This document shows, piece after piece, positions 1 to 10,334 of a stretch of 64,000 nucleotides of DNA. Position numbers and translations under genes: made by a program. The notes beneath the pieces are model-generated. The model searched no databases and was not told the origin of the DNA. It saw only the letters and a list, made by a program, of their open reading frames with translations. Location: contig CAVXTM010000013.1 in the NCBI GenBank assembly GCA_963764725.1, forward strand, positions 22,919-86,918, read 5' to 3'. The DNA comes from an uncultured Gammaproteobacteria bacterium (lineage in GTDB: Bacteria; Pseudomonadota; Gammaproteobacteria; JACCXJ01). Positions within the stretch are counted from its first letter, which is position 1. Every line of letters starts with the position of its first letter.

Positions 1-178
1 GGCGTCTCGCGATCGCATTGATGTCGATTTCGTGTTCGGCCGGAGTTGCCGAAGCGCCGCAGCACCCGCCCCCCCTCCCCGCCTTTGCCCGGCGCCCGCG
101 GCGAAAACGGCGCACGCTAAGCAAACCCACGATGCCGACCAAAGCTAACGCTAGAAGCTCTTGCAGTTCCGCGTTCAT
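1..178 (-). CDS. FeoB-associated Cys-rich small membrane protein (runs off window edge)
   Basis: Manual translation MNAELQELLALALVGIVGLLSVRRFRRGRRAKAGRGGGCCGAS: one TM helix, basic stretch and GCC motif, directly after feoB. Confidence 0.7.
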   Translation of the reverse strand, partial: MNAELQELLALALVGIVGLLSVRRFRRGRRAKAGRGGGCCGASATPAEHEIDINAIARR

Positions 179-189
179 TGCCAGATTCG

Positions 190-2382
190 TCAGGCTACAC
201 TGGTCCCGAACTGAAAACACATGAATGCGCTTAGGTAACCGATTGTGGTCATGTACACCCACGCAAAGCCCGCCCAACGCCACGAGTTGGTCTCGCGTTT
301 GATTATAGCCACCGTCGCGGCGCATTGCAGGCAGAAGGCATAGAACAGCATCAGCCCCAAGGCCATGGAAAAAGAAAAAACCTTGCGCCCGTCCGGCCAG
401 GAGGCGTTCTGCAACCGACTACTCAAGCTGTTGTCGGCGGGGTCAACGTCCGAACCCACCGCATAAATCGTCCCGAGGACTGCGATCACGACCTCGCGCG
501 CGGGAAACGAAGCGATCACAGCCGCCGCGACCTTCCAGTCCCATCCGAGAGGACTGAAAAGCGGTTCCACGGTCTTGCCGATGCGGCCGAGCGCACTTTG
601 TTCAAGAAACGCCGCGGCTTCCTGGTTATCGATCTCCCGGCGTTGTTTTGTGAGCGCATCGCCGTCCAGCTTGGCGGCGGCCTCCAGGCGCTGGCGTTCG
701 TGGTTCTGATGGATGATGCTCGGATGCGGGAAGTACGCGAGCGCCCAGACGATTACGGCCACCGTGAAGATGATGCCACCGGCGCGCACCAAAAACACCC
801 GCATGCGCTCCGCAAGGCGCAGCACGACTGAGCGCGGTCGGGGCCAACGGTAGGGCGGCAACTCCATCAGGAAGGTCGGTGCCGGCCCTCTCAGAACCGT
901 GCGCTTAAGGAGCAACGCAGTAGCCACACCGCCCAAGATCCCGATCAGATAGAGGCCGAGCAATACCAGTCCCTGGAGGCTCAGCAGACCATACGCAAAC
1001 AATTTGTCCGGCACGAACGCCGAGATCAAGAGCGTATAAACCGGCAGTCTTGCCGAGCAGGTCATAAACGGCGCGGCGAGAATCGTCGCTAAACGATCGC
1101 GCGGATCGGCGATCACGCGGGTCGCCATAATCCCTGGCACCGCACAGGCGAAGCTCGATAGCATCGGGATAAAGGATTGGCCCGACAAGCCACAAAAGCG
1201 CATCAAGCGGTCCATGAGGAACGCGGCCCGTGCCATGTACCCCGTGTCTTCCAGTAAGATAATGAACACCGACAAGATTAGGATCTGAGGAAGAAACACG
1301 ACGACACTCCCGACGCCTGCGATCATGCCATCGACGATGAGACTCGCTAGCGCCCCCTTGGGAAGCTGTCGCGAAACAAATTCTCCGAGATGACGCATCA
1401 GCGCGTCGATCCCGTCCACCATTGGCGTCGCCCAAGAAAATACGGCCTGAAACACAAGCGCCATGACGCCTAAAAACAGCGCCGTCCCGAGCAAGGGATG
1501 GCTCACCAGCCGATCAATGCGATCGGACCAACCCCGGCGTCTATCAGACCGCGTCTCCGCCTGGGCGAGGATACGGTTTATCCATTCGTAGCGACAACGC
1601 GCATCCGCGGCGGCCAGCGATTCGGTCGCAAACGCGAGTTCCGCGCGCACCTCGCTTAAGCGCTCCGCCACCTCCGCGCCTGCCGCCGCGCGCAGCCGCT
1701 CAAGCACCAGCCCGCCCTCGTCAATTAAGGCACGCTCAATGTCATGCGGGACGATGGCGCACCCAAGTGGACCGAATTCATCCGCGAGCTTGCCGGCGGC
1801 CTCCTTGATGGCGGGCATCAGCGCCAGGCGAGCGGCGCGAGGGTGACGCAGGGTCCGCTCCAAGGCCGACCGCAACGCCTCAATGCCCTCCGATCGAGAC
1901 GCAACCACAGGCATCAGAGCGCACTGAAGCTCATGCTCTAAGTAGTTGACGTTTAGAGCGATCCCTCGCGATCGCGCGACGTCCATCATATTTAGCGCGA
2001 CCAGGACCGGCAACCCAAGCTCTAGGATCTGGCTGACCAAGAAAAGGTTACGCCTGAGATTAGACGCGTCGGCGACTATTAGTACCGCATCGGGTGTTCC
2101 CAGATCCGGGATCCGGCCCAGTAAAACGTCCATGGCGACCATCTCATCCGGCGACTGCGCGGACAAGGAATACATCCCCGGAAGATCGACCAGATGGACC
2201 TCTCCGTGGTCGAGACTCAGGATCCCAACGCGGCGTTCTACCGTGACACCGGGATAATTGGCTATTTTTTGGCGTAAACCCGTGAGGGCGTTGAAAACCG
2301 TGCTCTTACCGACGTTCGGGTTTCCAACAACCACGATCGTAGCTCGATTTCGCTCCGCCCGGTTCGAAGACAATGGGTCCAC
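190..2382 (-). CDS. feoB: Ferrous iron transport protein B
   Basis: GNPNVGKS, NYPGVTVE, DLPG and NMMD GTPase motifs followed by a polytopic membrane domain. Confidence 0.97.
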   Translation of the reverse strand: MDPLSSNRAERNRATIVVVGNPNVGKSTVFNALTGLRQKIANYPGVTVERRVGILSLDHGEVHLVDLPGMYSLSAQSPDEMVAMDVLLGRIPDLGTPDAVLIVADASNLRRNLFLVSQILELGLPVLVALNMMDVARSRGIALNVNYLEHELQCALMPVVASRSEGIEALRSALERTLRHPRAARLALMPAIKEAAGKLADEFGPLGCAIVPHDIERALIDEGGLVLERLRAAAGAEVAERLSEVRAELAFATESLAAADARCRYEWINRILAQAETRSDRRRGWSDRIDRLVSHPLLGTALFLGVMALVFQAVFSWATPMVDGIDALMRHLGEFVSRQLPKGALASLIVDGMIAGVGSVVVFLPQILILSVFIILLEDTGYMARAAFLMDRLMRFCGLSGQSFIPMLSSFACAVPGIMATRVIADPRDRLATILAAPFMTCSARLPVYTLLISAFVPDKLFAYGLLSLQGLVLLGLYLIGILGGVATALLLKRTVLRGPAPTFLMELPPYRWPRPRSVVLRLAERMRVFLVRAGGIIFTVAVIVWALAYFPHPSIIHQNHERQRLEAAAKLDGDALTKQRREIDNQEAAAFLEQSALGRIGKTVEPLFSPLGWDWKVAAAVIASFPAREVVIAVLGTIYAVGSDVDPADNSLSSRLQNASWPDGRKVFSFSMALGLMLFYAFCLQCAATVAIIKRETNSWRWAGFAWVYMTTIGYLSAFMCFQFGTSVA

Positions 2383-2407
2383 GCCATTTCTCGGGCAAAC
2401 GGGACGA

Positions 2408-2740
2408 CTACGCGACGTCTTCGACTAAAATCATGCGGGCCTCGCTCTTTCGCAAGGACAGCGAATATCCGAACACATTGATTTCTATCGGATCTCCGGC
2501 AGGGGCCGCGCGCACGAAGGTCAACATTGTGCCGGCGATCAGCCCAAGCTGCATAATGCGCTGCGCCAAGGGATTCGACTCCGCGAACGCGACGACTATC
2601 GCCCGCTGGCCGGGCTTGAGGTCGGCAAGAGTGCGTTCCTGCGCCGACGCGGGCTGGAACCTCCGATCGCTTAGCCGAGACAAGGCGCCTCGATCACGGA
2701 CACCTCGATATGATCCGCGTGCTCTTTGCTCATTGCCCAA
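2408..2740 (-). CDS. feoA: Ferrous iron transport protein A (true start probably further downstream)
   Basis: TLADLKPGQRAIV...LGLIAG...APAGDPIEI...LSLRKSEA is a FeoA signature; upstream of feoB. Confidence 0.9.
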   Translation of the reverse strand: MGNEQRARGSYRGVRDRGALSRLSDRRFQPASAQERTLADLKPGQRAIVVAFAESNPLAQRIMQLGLIAGTMLTFVRAAPAGDPIEINVFGYSLSLRKSEARMILVEDVA

Positions 2741-2907
2741 CGCGTTTCCTCCAAGGCGACTGCTATAGGGTCACCATGGCGCAAAACCGAGATCTGCGCC
2801 CCAGGGTGTATTCCCCGAGCCGCGAGTTGGTCGACTAGCGCCGCGGATCGAGACCGCACCTTCACCACAATCGCAACGTCACCGGCGGCAAGGTTTCCCA
2901 GGTTCAT
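2671..2907 (-). CDS. feoA: Second FeoA-family protein
   Basis: MNLGNLAAGDVAIV...LAARGIHPGAQISVLRHGDPIAV, FeoA SH3-like pattern. Confidence 0.8.
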   Translation of the reverse strand: MNLGNLAAGDVAIVVKVRSRSAALVDQLAARGIHPGAQISVLRHGDPIAVALEETRWAMSKEHADHIEVSVIEAPCLG

Positions 2908-2949
2908 ACGTTCATTACCGTTTTTGGGTATGGGACATATTGTATCATA

Positions 2950-2976
2950 GATGATAACGATGTCGATTCGCATTTA
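2950..2976 (-). promoter_or_regulatory. Putative Fur box upstream of the feo operon
   Basis: Minus-strand AAATGCGAATCGACATCGTTATCATC resembles Fur GATAAT-type repeats, upstream of iron-uptake genes. Confidence 0.5.
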
Positions 2977-3019
2977 CACTGCCTATGCGTTCGCCTTGTA
3001 TTCAATGAATTCAGGCCTC

Positions 3020-3898
3020 TTATTCAGCTTGCGAGCGCCGTTTCATCAAACGCTCGAGAACGGGTGTAATAATGAATTCGATAGCTAGAATTTTTTTTCC
3101 TGCCGGCACTACAATCGTGTCATGCCGCGACATGAAGGCGCCATCCAGCACCTCGATTAAATAGCGGAAATCGACTTGCAGCTTCTTGAGATTTCGAACA
3201 TGGATGATGACAAAGCTCTCTTCATCGCCTGGGATTTCCTCGGCGGCGAAGGGGTTCGAGGTATCCACGGTCGACACGCGTTGAAAGTTGATATCCGTGC
3301 GCGAAAATTGCGGGGTGATATAGTAGACATAATCGTGCATGCGATTGAGGATCATGCGCGTTGCCGAGGCGGTCGTGTAGCCCCTCACGACCCGGTCCCT
3401 GTGGATTTTTTGGATCCATTCAAGATTAATAATCGGTACGACGCCGATACATAAATCAATATAGCGGAGAACATTCACCGAATCGGCTATTAATGCCCCG
3501 TGGAGTCCTTCATAAAACAACAAATCGGTGTCCGGCGGCAAGTCTTCCCACGCCGTGAAGGTTCCCGGCGGTTGATGGTGGCGAGCCGCCTGCTCTTCGT
3601 TATGGACGTAATAGCGGCGCCGCCCACAGCCGGTGTCTGCGTAGCGCTTAAAAAGCCATTCGAGCTCCTCGAAAAAGTTACCTTCCGGGCCGAAATGGGT
3701 TAAATGGCGGCCTTCCCGCTCCGCCTGTTCCGCCGCGGTTTGCATCTCGGAACGATCGTAACGATGAAAACAATCTCCTTCGATGATGGCGGGTTGGAGT
3801 TGCTCGCGCCGAAACAGATGCAAAAAGGCACGCCGCATATAGGTCGTCCCGGCGCCCGATGAACCCGTCACGGCGATGATCGGATGTTTTATCGACAC
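3020..3898 (-). CDS. prkB: Phosphoribulokinase (proteobacterial type)
   Basis: MSIKHPIIAVTGSSGAGTT, LFYEGLHG, NLEWIQKIHRD, QFSRTDINFQRV. Confidence 0.93.
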   Translation of the reverse strand: MSIKHPIIAVTGSSGAGTTYMRRAFLHLFRREQLQPAIIEGDCFHRYDRSEMQTAAEQAEREGRHLTHFGPEGNFFEELEWLFKRYADTGCGRRRYYVHNEEQAARHHQPPGTFTAWEDLPPDTDLLFYEGLHGALIADSVNVLRYIDLCIGVVPIINLEWIQKIHRDRVVRGYTTASATRMILNRMHDYVYYITPQFSRTDINFQRVSTVDTSNPFAAEEIPGDEESFVIIHVRNLKKLQVDFRYLIEVLDGAFMSRHDTIVVPAGKKILAIEFIITPVLERLMKRRSQAE

Positions 3899-4052
3899 GC
3901 AGACATTGCCTAATTCCGAACTTAGAACGTATATACTGCCCGCTTGCGACGTTTCTTTCTAGAGTCGACCCGGGGTGCAGGGAATGCGAGCGGAGACTAC
4001 GGGGGCAGGGAGCGGTTCACGCTCGGGCAGCAAATCCTCGAGAGGTACCCCT

Positions 4053-5873
4053 ATGGCGGATGCCGCTGTGATCGATAGCCGAACGCTCTACCTCCGCCTT
4101 CTGCGATATGTCCATCCCTACCGGCGTACGTTCGCGATCTCCCTCCTCAGCATGGTCCTGCTGGCATGCACCGAACCCCTCTTGCCGGCCTTGCTCAAGC
4201 CCCTGCTAGACGGCAGCTTCATCGAGCAGGACGCCGGCGCGCGGCTGACGGTACCCGGTCTCCTCGTCTTACTCTTCTTATTTCGCGGGGGGATTACCTA
4301 TGCCAGCCACGTGTCCGCGAACTGGGTCGCGCAGAAAGTCGTGCTCGATCTTCGCCAGCAGATGTTTCGCAACCTGGTGATGCTGCCCTCAGCTTACTTC
4401 GACACAACCAATTCCAGCGTCTTGATCTCTAAGCTGAGCTTCGACGTGGCGCAGGTGGCGCAAGCCGCAACGCACGGCGTGACCGTGCTGGTCAAAGATT
4501 CACTCGCGGTGCTCGGCTTATTCTGTTACATGCTGTACCTGAACTGGATGTTGTCGTTGACGGTGCTCATCGTCGCGCCAGTAGTCGGTTTGGTGATCTT
4601 AGGCGCGAGCCGACGTTTGCGCGTGATGAGTCAGAAAGTGCAACACTCCATGGGCACCATCACCGAAGTGGCCCAAGAAGCGATCGATTGCCATAAGGCG
4701 GTCAAGATCTATGACGGGCGAGATCACGAAACTGGGCGCTTCTACCGGGCGGCGGATGAAAATCGAAAGTTCACGATGAAGATCGTGACAGTTTCCGCCG
4801 CCAATGTCCCGATCATCCAAGCGCTGATGGCGGTGGTTTTAGCCGCGGTCACCTACCTGGCGGCCACGCTATCCGTGGCCGGCGAGCTGACCATCGGTGA
4901 TTTTGTCGCTTTTTTTACCGCGATGACTTTACTGTTACCGCCCATTAAGCGCATCACCGGGATCAACGAGCATCTGCAACGCGGTTTGGCGGCAGCGCAA
5001 AGCGTGTTCAGCCTGATTGATGAAGCGCCGGAACCAGACAACGGAGCGAGGGATTGCCAACGGGCACACGGGAACGTCGAATATGAAAACGTCAGCCTCG
5101 TCTACGAGCCGCGCCTCCGTCCCGCGCTGCACGGGATCTCTGTCAAGATCGAAGCGGGCGAGACCATAGCGTTGGTGGGCCCCTCGGGCAGCGGGAAGTC
5201 AAGCTTCGCCAATCTGCTGCCGCGGTTTTATCACCCGAGCCGGGGACGCATCCTGCTCGATGGCGTGGACATTGCCGATCTGAGCTTGCACGCTCTCAGA
5301 GGGAATATCGCCCTCGTGACCCAAGAGGTGCTGTTATTCAACGACACGGTCCGCAACAACATCGCCTACGGCGCTATGCGCGACGCGAGCGCGGCGGCGA
5401 TCCTCAGGGCGGTCGAGGCGGCGCATGTTAGCGACTTCATCGCGACGATGCCGGAGGGGCTGGACACCTTGATCGGCGAAAATGGTGTCCGGCTCTCCGG
5501 CGGCCAACGCCAGCGGCTTGCCATCGCGCGCGCCATTCTCAAGGATGCCCCCCTCTTGATCCTGGATGAAGCAACATCCTCGTTGGATTCCATCTCCGAG
5601 CAGCACATCCAGGCAGCACTGGATACCCTGCGCCGGGGACGCACGTGCATCATCATCGCGCACCGTTTATCGACGATAGAAAACGCGGATCGCATCATCG
5701 TGCTGAAGCACGGAAAAATTGAAGAGATCGGCACCCACGACGAGCTCCTCCGGCGCCACGGAACCTATGCCAGGCTATACCGGCTCCAGTTCAGGTCGCA
5801 TGCCGCGGCCATTGAGATGCACCCACGTCGCGGGCAAGAGACCGCGAAGAACAAAAAAACTGTGCAAGAATAA
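4053..5873 (+). CDS. msbA: Lipid A export ABC permease/ATPase
   Basis: Six-TM domain plus GPSGSGKS, LSGGQRQR and ILDEATS motifs. Confidence 0.88.
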   Translation: MADAAVIDSRTLYLRLLRYVHPYRRTFAISLLSMVLLACTEPLLPALLKPLLDGSFIEQDAGARLTVPGLLVLLFLFRGGITYASHVSANWVAQKVVLDLRQQMFRNLVMLPSAYFDTTNSSVLISKLSFDVAQVAQAATHGVTVLVKDSLAVLGLFCYMLYLNWMLSLTVLIVAPVVGLVILGASRRLRVMSQKVQHSMGTITEVAQEAIDCHKAVKIYDGRDHETGRFYRAADENRKFTMKIVTVSAANVPIIQALMAVVLAAVTYLAATLSVAGELTIGDFVAFFTAMTLLLPPIKRITGINEHLQRGLAAAQSVFSLIDEAPEPDNGARDCQRAHGNVEYENVSLVYEPRLRPALHGISVKIEAGETIALVGPSGSGKSSFANLLPRFYHPSRGRILLDGVDIADLSLHALRGNIALVTQEVLLFNDTVRNNIAYGAMRDASAAAILRAVEAAHVSDFIATMPEGLDTLIGENGVRLSGGQRQRLAIARAILKDAPLLILDEATSSLDSISEQHIQAALDTLRRGRTCIIIAHRLSTIENADRIIVLKHGKIEEIGTHDELLRRHGTYARLYRLQFRSHAAAIEMHPRRGQETAKNKKTVQE

Positions 5874-5901
5874 ACTCCAGTCGCGTTTGACAGCACGCCC
5901 C

Positions 5902-6441
5902 ATGGCAAAGAAAACCAGCGCCCTCGCCGAGCCGTATCCCGGCCCGGCCGATCCGCCGATCCGCGTCGGGTGGCGGGAGTGGGTCGCGTTTCCCGATCTC
6001 CGCCTCCCCGCCATCAAGGCCAAGATGGACAGCGGCGCACGCACCTCGGCGTTGCATACGTTCAAACTGCACACCTATGAGACCGCTGGACACCTCAAGA
6101 TTGAATTCTGGCTCCATCCCTTGCAATGCCGTACCGATATCACGCGGGTGTGCACCGCGGACGTCGTGGATAGTCGCACCGTGTGCGATTCGGGAGGACA
6201 CCGCGAGCAACGCTTTGTCATTCGCTCCATCGTGCGCTTCATGGACAGAGCCTGGCCGATAGAAATCACGCTCACCAATCGCGAGGACATGCTATTCCGT
6301 CTGCTGCTTGGGCGCACGGCGATGGCAGCCGGGGGACTGATCGTGGATCCCGGGAAATCTTTCACCGGCGGCCGCGCCTTACGCCGTGTTTATCTCCTAT
6401 CGAGCCAGCAGGGCTTACCGGCTGTCGAGCCGCCCCCATGA
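5902..6441 (+). CDS. RimK-associated putative aspartic/'ATP-dependent zinc' protease
   Basis: VGWREWV...[15 protein letters not shown]...LLLGRTAM; overlaps the rimK start. Confidence 0.88.
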   Translation: MAKKTSALAEPYPGPADPPIRVGWREWVAFPDLRLPAIKAKMDSGARTSALHTFKLHTYETAGHLKIEFWLHPLQCRTDITRVCTADVVDSRTVCDSGGHREQRFVIRSIVRFMDRAWPIEITLTNREDMLFRLLLGRTAMAAGGLIVDPGKSFTGGRALRRVYLLSSQQGLPAVEPPP

Positions 6442-7343
6442 AGATTGCTATTCTGTCGCGCAATCCTAAACTCTACTCCACGCGCCGGCTCGTGGAAGCC
6501 GCCAAGCTACGCCACCATGAAGTGCGGACCCTCGATGTACTGCGCTGCTACATGAATATCACCTCCCATCGCCCGAGCATCCACTACAAGGGACGGCGCC
6601 ATGAAGAGTTCGATGCGGTGATCCCTCGTATCGGCGCGTCCGTAACCTCCTACGGCACGGCGGTATTGCGGCAGTTTGAAATGATGGGTGTTTACCCGCT
6701 CAACGAATCGGTCGCCATCAGCCGCTCCCGGGATAAACTGCGCGCCTTGCAGTTGCTCTCGCGCAAGGGTATCGGCCTACCGGTCACGGGATTTGCGCAT
6801 AAACCCGACGATATCGAGGATCTGATCCAGATGGTCGGCGGCCCACCGCTTGTCATCAAGCTCCTCGAAGGCACCCAAGGCATGGGGGTTGTGCTTGCGG
6901 AAACGCATAATGCTGCGAAAAGCGTGATCGAGTCGTTTTTAGGATTGAAGGTAAGCGTTTTGGTACAGGAGTACATCAAGGAGGCCGGGGGCAGCGATCT
7001 ACGCTGTATGGTGATTGGCGACAAGGTGGTCACGGCAATGAAACGCCAAAGCCGCGGCGGCGACTTCCGCTCCAACCTACACCGGGGCGGGGCGGCCAGC
7101 TTGATCAAGATCACACCCGAGGAACGTTCCACGGCCGTTCGCGCCGCGCAAACAATGGGTCTGAACGTCGCGGGGGTGGATATCCTGCGCTCTGATCATG
7201 GTCCGCTGGTGCTCGAAGTGAACTCCTCCCCCGGACTCGAAGGCATCGAAGTTGCGACCGGTAACGACATCGCGGGCGCGATCATCGAGTTCATCGAGAA
7301 AAACGCCCGCAGCGGACGGACCCGCACCCGAGGCAGCGGGTAA
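6438..7343 (+). CDS. rimK: Ribosomal protein S6--L-glutamate ligase
   Basis: [43 protein letters not shown]-grasp motifs. Confidence 0.95.
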   Translation: MKIAILSRNPKLYSTRRLVEAAKLRHHEVRTLDVLRCYMNITSHRPSIHYKGRRHEEFDAVIPRIGASVTSYGTAVLRQFEMMGVYPLNESVAISRSRDKLRALQLLSRKGIGLPVTGFAHKPDDIEDLIQMVGGPPLVIKLLEGTQGMGVVLAETHNAAKSVIESFLGLKVSVLVQEYIKEAGGSDLRCMVIGDKVVTAMKRQSRGGDFRSNLHRGGAASLIKITPEERSTAVRAAQTMGLNVAGVDILRSDHGPLVLEVNSSPGLEGIEVATGNDIAGAIIEFIEKNARSGRTRTRGSG

Positions 7344-7346
7344 GTC

Positions 7347-8357
7347 ATGCCACAAGCACCCATCCGTTGCGGCGGAATCGAGGTGGCCGCCGGTCAGCGC
7401 CAGATCATCGATCTGCCGATCCCGCGTCTCTATACCCATACCGCCCTGACGATTCCGGTCCGGGTCATCCACGGCCGCCAAAGCGGTCCCAGCCTCTTCG
7501 TGTGCGCGGCGATCCATGGGGACGAGATCAACGGCGTGGAGATCATCCGGCGGATCCTGGACGTTCCAGACCTGATGCACTTGAAAGGAACCCTGCTGGC
7601 CGTGCCCGTCGTGAACATCTATGGGTTCATCAATCAATCGCGTTACCTGCCGGATCGACGGGATCTCAACCGTTGTTTTCCGGGTTCGGAGCAGGGATCC
7701 TTGGCGGCGCGGCTCGCCGATGTCTTTTTCCGCGAAATCGCCGCGCTATGCACCCACGGTATCGATCTCCACACCGGGGCCATTCACCGTGATAACCTCC
7801 CGCAAATTCGCGCTTGTATCGGCGATCCTGAAACCTTGCGGATGGCGCGCGCCTTTGCATCGCCGGTCATCGTTAATACGGCTCTGGTGGAAGGCTCCAT
7901 GCGTAAGGCCCTGGCGCAGCGCGGGATCCCGGTCATCGTGTACGAAGCAGGCGAAGCGTTGCGCTTCGACGAGACCGCGATCCAAACGGGATTTGAAGGC
8001 GTGCTCGCCGTGATGCGCGCTCTCGGTATGTTATCCGGGCGGCGTCAAGGCGGCCGTCGGCCAAAGCAGTACACGGCCCAATCAAGCGTCTGGGTGCGCG
8101 CGCCCCAGAGCGGTATTCTGCGTAACGTGGCCTGTCTCGGCGCGCGTGTCAAAAAGAATCAGCATCTCGGGATCGTGGCCGATCCCTTCGGTGAGCGCGA
8201 AGCCGCGGTTAAAACACCCGCTGTCGGCATCATTGTGGGGTGCACCAAATTACCGCTTGTCAACGAAGGCGAGGCGCTGTTTCATATCGCCCGCTTGGAG
8301 CCAACGGCCGGACAGGGTCGCGCCATTCGGGCACCTGCTAGGATGCGTTACGCATAG
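7347..8357 (+). CDS. Succinylglutamate desuccinylase/aspartoacylase family protein
   Basis: AAIHGDEING, DRRDLNRCFPG, IDLHTG, YEAGE; typical rimK neighbour. Confidence 0.9.
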   Translation: MPQAPIRCGGIEVAAGQRQIIDLPIPRLYTHTALTIPVRVIHGRQSGPSLFVCAAIHGDEINGVEIIRRILDVPDLMHLKGTLLAVPVVNIYGFINQSRYLPDRRDLNRCFPGSEQGSLAARLADVFFREIAALCTHGIDLHTGAIHRDNLPQIRACIGDPETLRMARAFASPVIVNTALVEGSMRKALAQRGIPVIVYEAGEALRFDETAIQTGFEGVLAVMRALGMLSGRRQGGRRPKQYTAQSSVWVRAPQSGILRNVACLGARVKKNQHLGIVADPFGEREAAVKTPAVGIIVGCTKLPLVNEGEALFHIARLEPTAGQGRAIRAPARMRYA

Positions 8358-8366
8358 GCTGCAACG

Positions 8367-8891
8367 ATGACCGCCATCGAGGCCGTTACCGCCGACATCA
8401 CCACCCTCAAGGTGGATGTCATTGTCAATGCGGCCAATACCTCGCTCCTCGGCGGCGGCGGTGTGGACGGGGCTATTCACCGGGCGGCGGGACCCGAGTT
8501 GCTCGCCGAGTGCCGTACCCTCGGGGGATGCGCAGCCGGCTCGGCCAAGATCACCCGGGCTTACCGCTTGCCGGCGCGTTTCGTTATTCACACCGTCGGG
8601 CCAGTCTGGCGAGGCGGTCACCACGGCGAGGCGGACTTATTAGCTTCGTGCTACCAGCAGAGCCTCGATCTCGCCGCCCAGCACCGCCTTGCCACGATCG
8701 CGTTTCCCGCGATCAGCTGCGGCGTCTACCGGTATCCGATATGTGAGGCCGCCGCGATCGCCGTACGCGAGATCAGGAGCTTCTTAGGCGGCTCCGATGC
8801 CGTGCGCAAGGTCTACGTTGCCTGCTTCGATGCAGCCATCCACCAAGCCTACCTCGAGACACTCGCCGCCACGATCGGCGCCCCCGAATAA
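8367..8891 (+). CDS. Macro-domain O-acetyl-ADP-ribose deacetylase (YmdB-like)
   Basis: IVNAANTSLLGGGGVDGAIHRAAG, IHTVGP, AFPAISCGVY. Confidence 0.93.
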   Translation: MTAIEAVTADITTLKVDVIVNAANTSLLGGGGVDGAIHRAAGPELLAECRTLGGCAAGSAKITRAYRLPARFVIHTVGPVWRGGHHGEADLLASCYQQSLDLAAQHRLATIAFPAISCGVYRYPICEAAAIAVREIRSFLGGSDAVRKVYVACFDAAIHQAYLETLAATIGAPE

Positions 8892-8915
8892 ACTCCTCTT
8901 GATGAGGTGCCCGTC

Positions 8916-9392
8916 TCAACCCTTCTCAATGGCTTTTGCCTCCACTTCGGCGCTCCATACCCGATAACGCACTTCGACTCCTTCAGGCGCATACACCACG
9001 ATGGGCAATCGACTGTTGTATCGAATCAAATAGGGTTCGCCGCCAACCGTGATAAAGCGGTTCACCTTCGGCGCGTTCGGATTGATCGCCATTAGCGTGC
9101 CCGCCATCGGCCCGAGCTTGCCGAGAATGTAGCGTGGAAATCCCCAGCCGCTGATTGTTTTCTCCTCGATCTTGCCGGTGAAGAAGTATCTATTCGCTTC
9201 GTCGACCTCGACGGTCTTACCGGCAATCAGTTCTACCTTGAAAGCGGATTCATTAACCTGTTCCGGCAGCTGTAGGACATATCGAACCATACCCTCATCG
9301 GCTCGCGGAAACGCCTTCATGTTGTCCGCCGCCTGACCAGGTAGCACTGCAGAAAGAAGCAATAGGGCAGTAGTTGGACAAAGCTTCTTCAT
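8916..9392 (-). CDS. eco: Ecotin (serine protease inhibitor), last cassette
   Basis: Signal peptide, KVELIAGKT, GWGFPRY, RYNSRLPIVVYAPEGVEVRYRVW. Confidence 0.9.
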   Translation of the reverse strand: MKKLCPTTALLLLSAVLPGQAADNMKAFPRADEGMVRYVLQLPEQVNESAFKVELIAGKTVEVDEANRYFFTGKIEEKTISGWGFPRYILGKLGPMAGTLMAINPNAPKVNRFITVGGEPYLIRYNSRLPIVVYAPEGVEVRYRVWSAEVEAKAIEKG

Positions 9393-9405
9393 AATCTCTC
9401 CTTAT

Positions 9406-9491
9406 GCAGAACGCCCAAGCTCAGCCGCGGCAAAATCGCGTAGTGGTTAAACAGCAATGCGGCCCCGCCCAGGTGCAGCACCTGGTTCGGC
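9406..9491 (-). other. attC site
   Basis: Minus strand GCCGAAC...GTTCTGC with imperfect internal palindrome. Confidence 0.8.
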
Positions 9492-9540
9492 GGTGACTAC
9501 GGCACGGACTGCAAATCGTCTGCCGTTCATTCACCTCAGC

Positions 9541-10224
9541 TCAAACAAAGCGAAGCAGCTTCAGCAACTCTTCCGCTCCGGGTCCCGAAGAGGCCGGGTT
9601 CTGGCCAGTCAGCAGCTTGCCATCTACTTGGACGTAGGGGACCCAGTTGGCAGCTTGGCTGTAGATGCCACCCCGTTCCTTTAGCCGGTCTTCCAACAGG
9701 AAAGGCACGACCGCGGTCAAGCCCACCGCTTCTTCTTCTGCATTCGTGAACCCGGTCACGCGCTTGCCTTTAACCAGATACTGGCCGTCTTTTCCGCGCA
9801 CATTGATCAACGCGACCGGCGCGTGACACACTGCACCGACTGGCTTGTCGGCCCTCACGAAGGCTTCGATCAACGCGATGGATGTCGCGTTGTCGGGCAT
9901 GTCCCACATCGGGCCATGTCCGCCGGGGTAGAAGACTGCGTCGAAATCGTCCGCGGACACGTCGGCTAGCTTCTTCGTGTTGGCAAGTTCAGTCTGTGCA
10001 GCGGTGTCTGTGCGGAAGCGCTCCGTTAATTTGGTCTGGTTTTCGGGTAGATCGCTTATCGGATCGAGCGGCGGCTGGCCGCCCTTCGGCGAGGCTAGCG
10101 TGATCGCCGCTCCGGCATCCTTCAGCACGTAATAGGGAGCGGCAAACTCTTCCAGCCAGAAACCAGTTTTCTTTCCGGTGTCGCCGAGTTGGTCATGAGA
10201 CGTGAGAACAATGAGAATCTTCAT
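9541..10224 (-). CDS. DJ-1/PfpI (type 1 glutamine amidotransferase-like) protein, cassette
   Basis: TGFWLEEFAAPYY, FYPGGHGPMWD, AVCHAP, TGQNPAS. Confidence 0.92.
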   Translation of the reverse strand: MKILIVLTSHDQLGDTGKKTGFWLEEFAAPYYVLKDAGAAITLASPKGGQPPLDPISDLPENQTKLTERFRTDTAAQTELANTKKLADVSADDFDAVFYPGGHGPMWDMPDNATSIALIEAFVRADKPVGAVCHAPVALINVRGKDGQYLVKGKRVTGFTNAEEEAVGLTAVVPFLLEDRLKERGGIYSQAANWVPYVQVDGKLLTGQNPASSGPGAEELLKLLRFV

Positions 10225-10308
10225 AGTAAATCTTCTTCTGTTTGAGAACTCATGTTGAAACTCCAGTGTACCGCCCCTCCGTGACCTGACTCATTCGCTT
10301 CTTGCTCC

Positions 10309-10327
10309 GCCGAACGCCTTGTTGGGC
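10309..10327 (-). other. Collapsed attC (R'' and R' boxes only)
   Basis: Minus strand GCCCAAC-aaggc-GTTCGGC just after the VOC stop codon. Confidence 0.6.
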
Positions 10328-10334
10328 ACCAAGC

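Noticed and set aside
3020-3898. prk as proof of a Calvin cycle
   Set aside because: No RuBisCO or other cbb genes in the window, and PrkB homologues occur in heterotrophs
8367-8891. Macro domain as a Thoeris-like partner of the TIR cassettes
   Set aside because: Ordinary YmdB-like protein co-oriented with the rimK operon and outside the array
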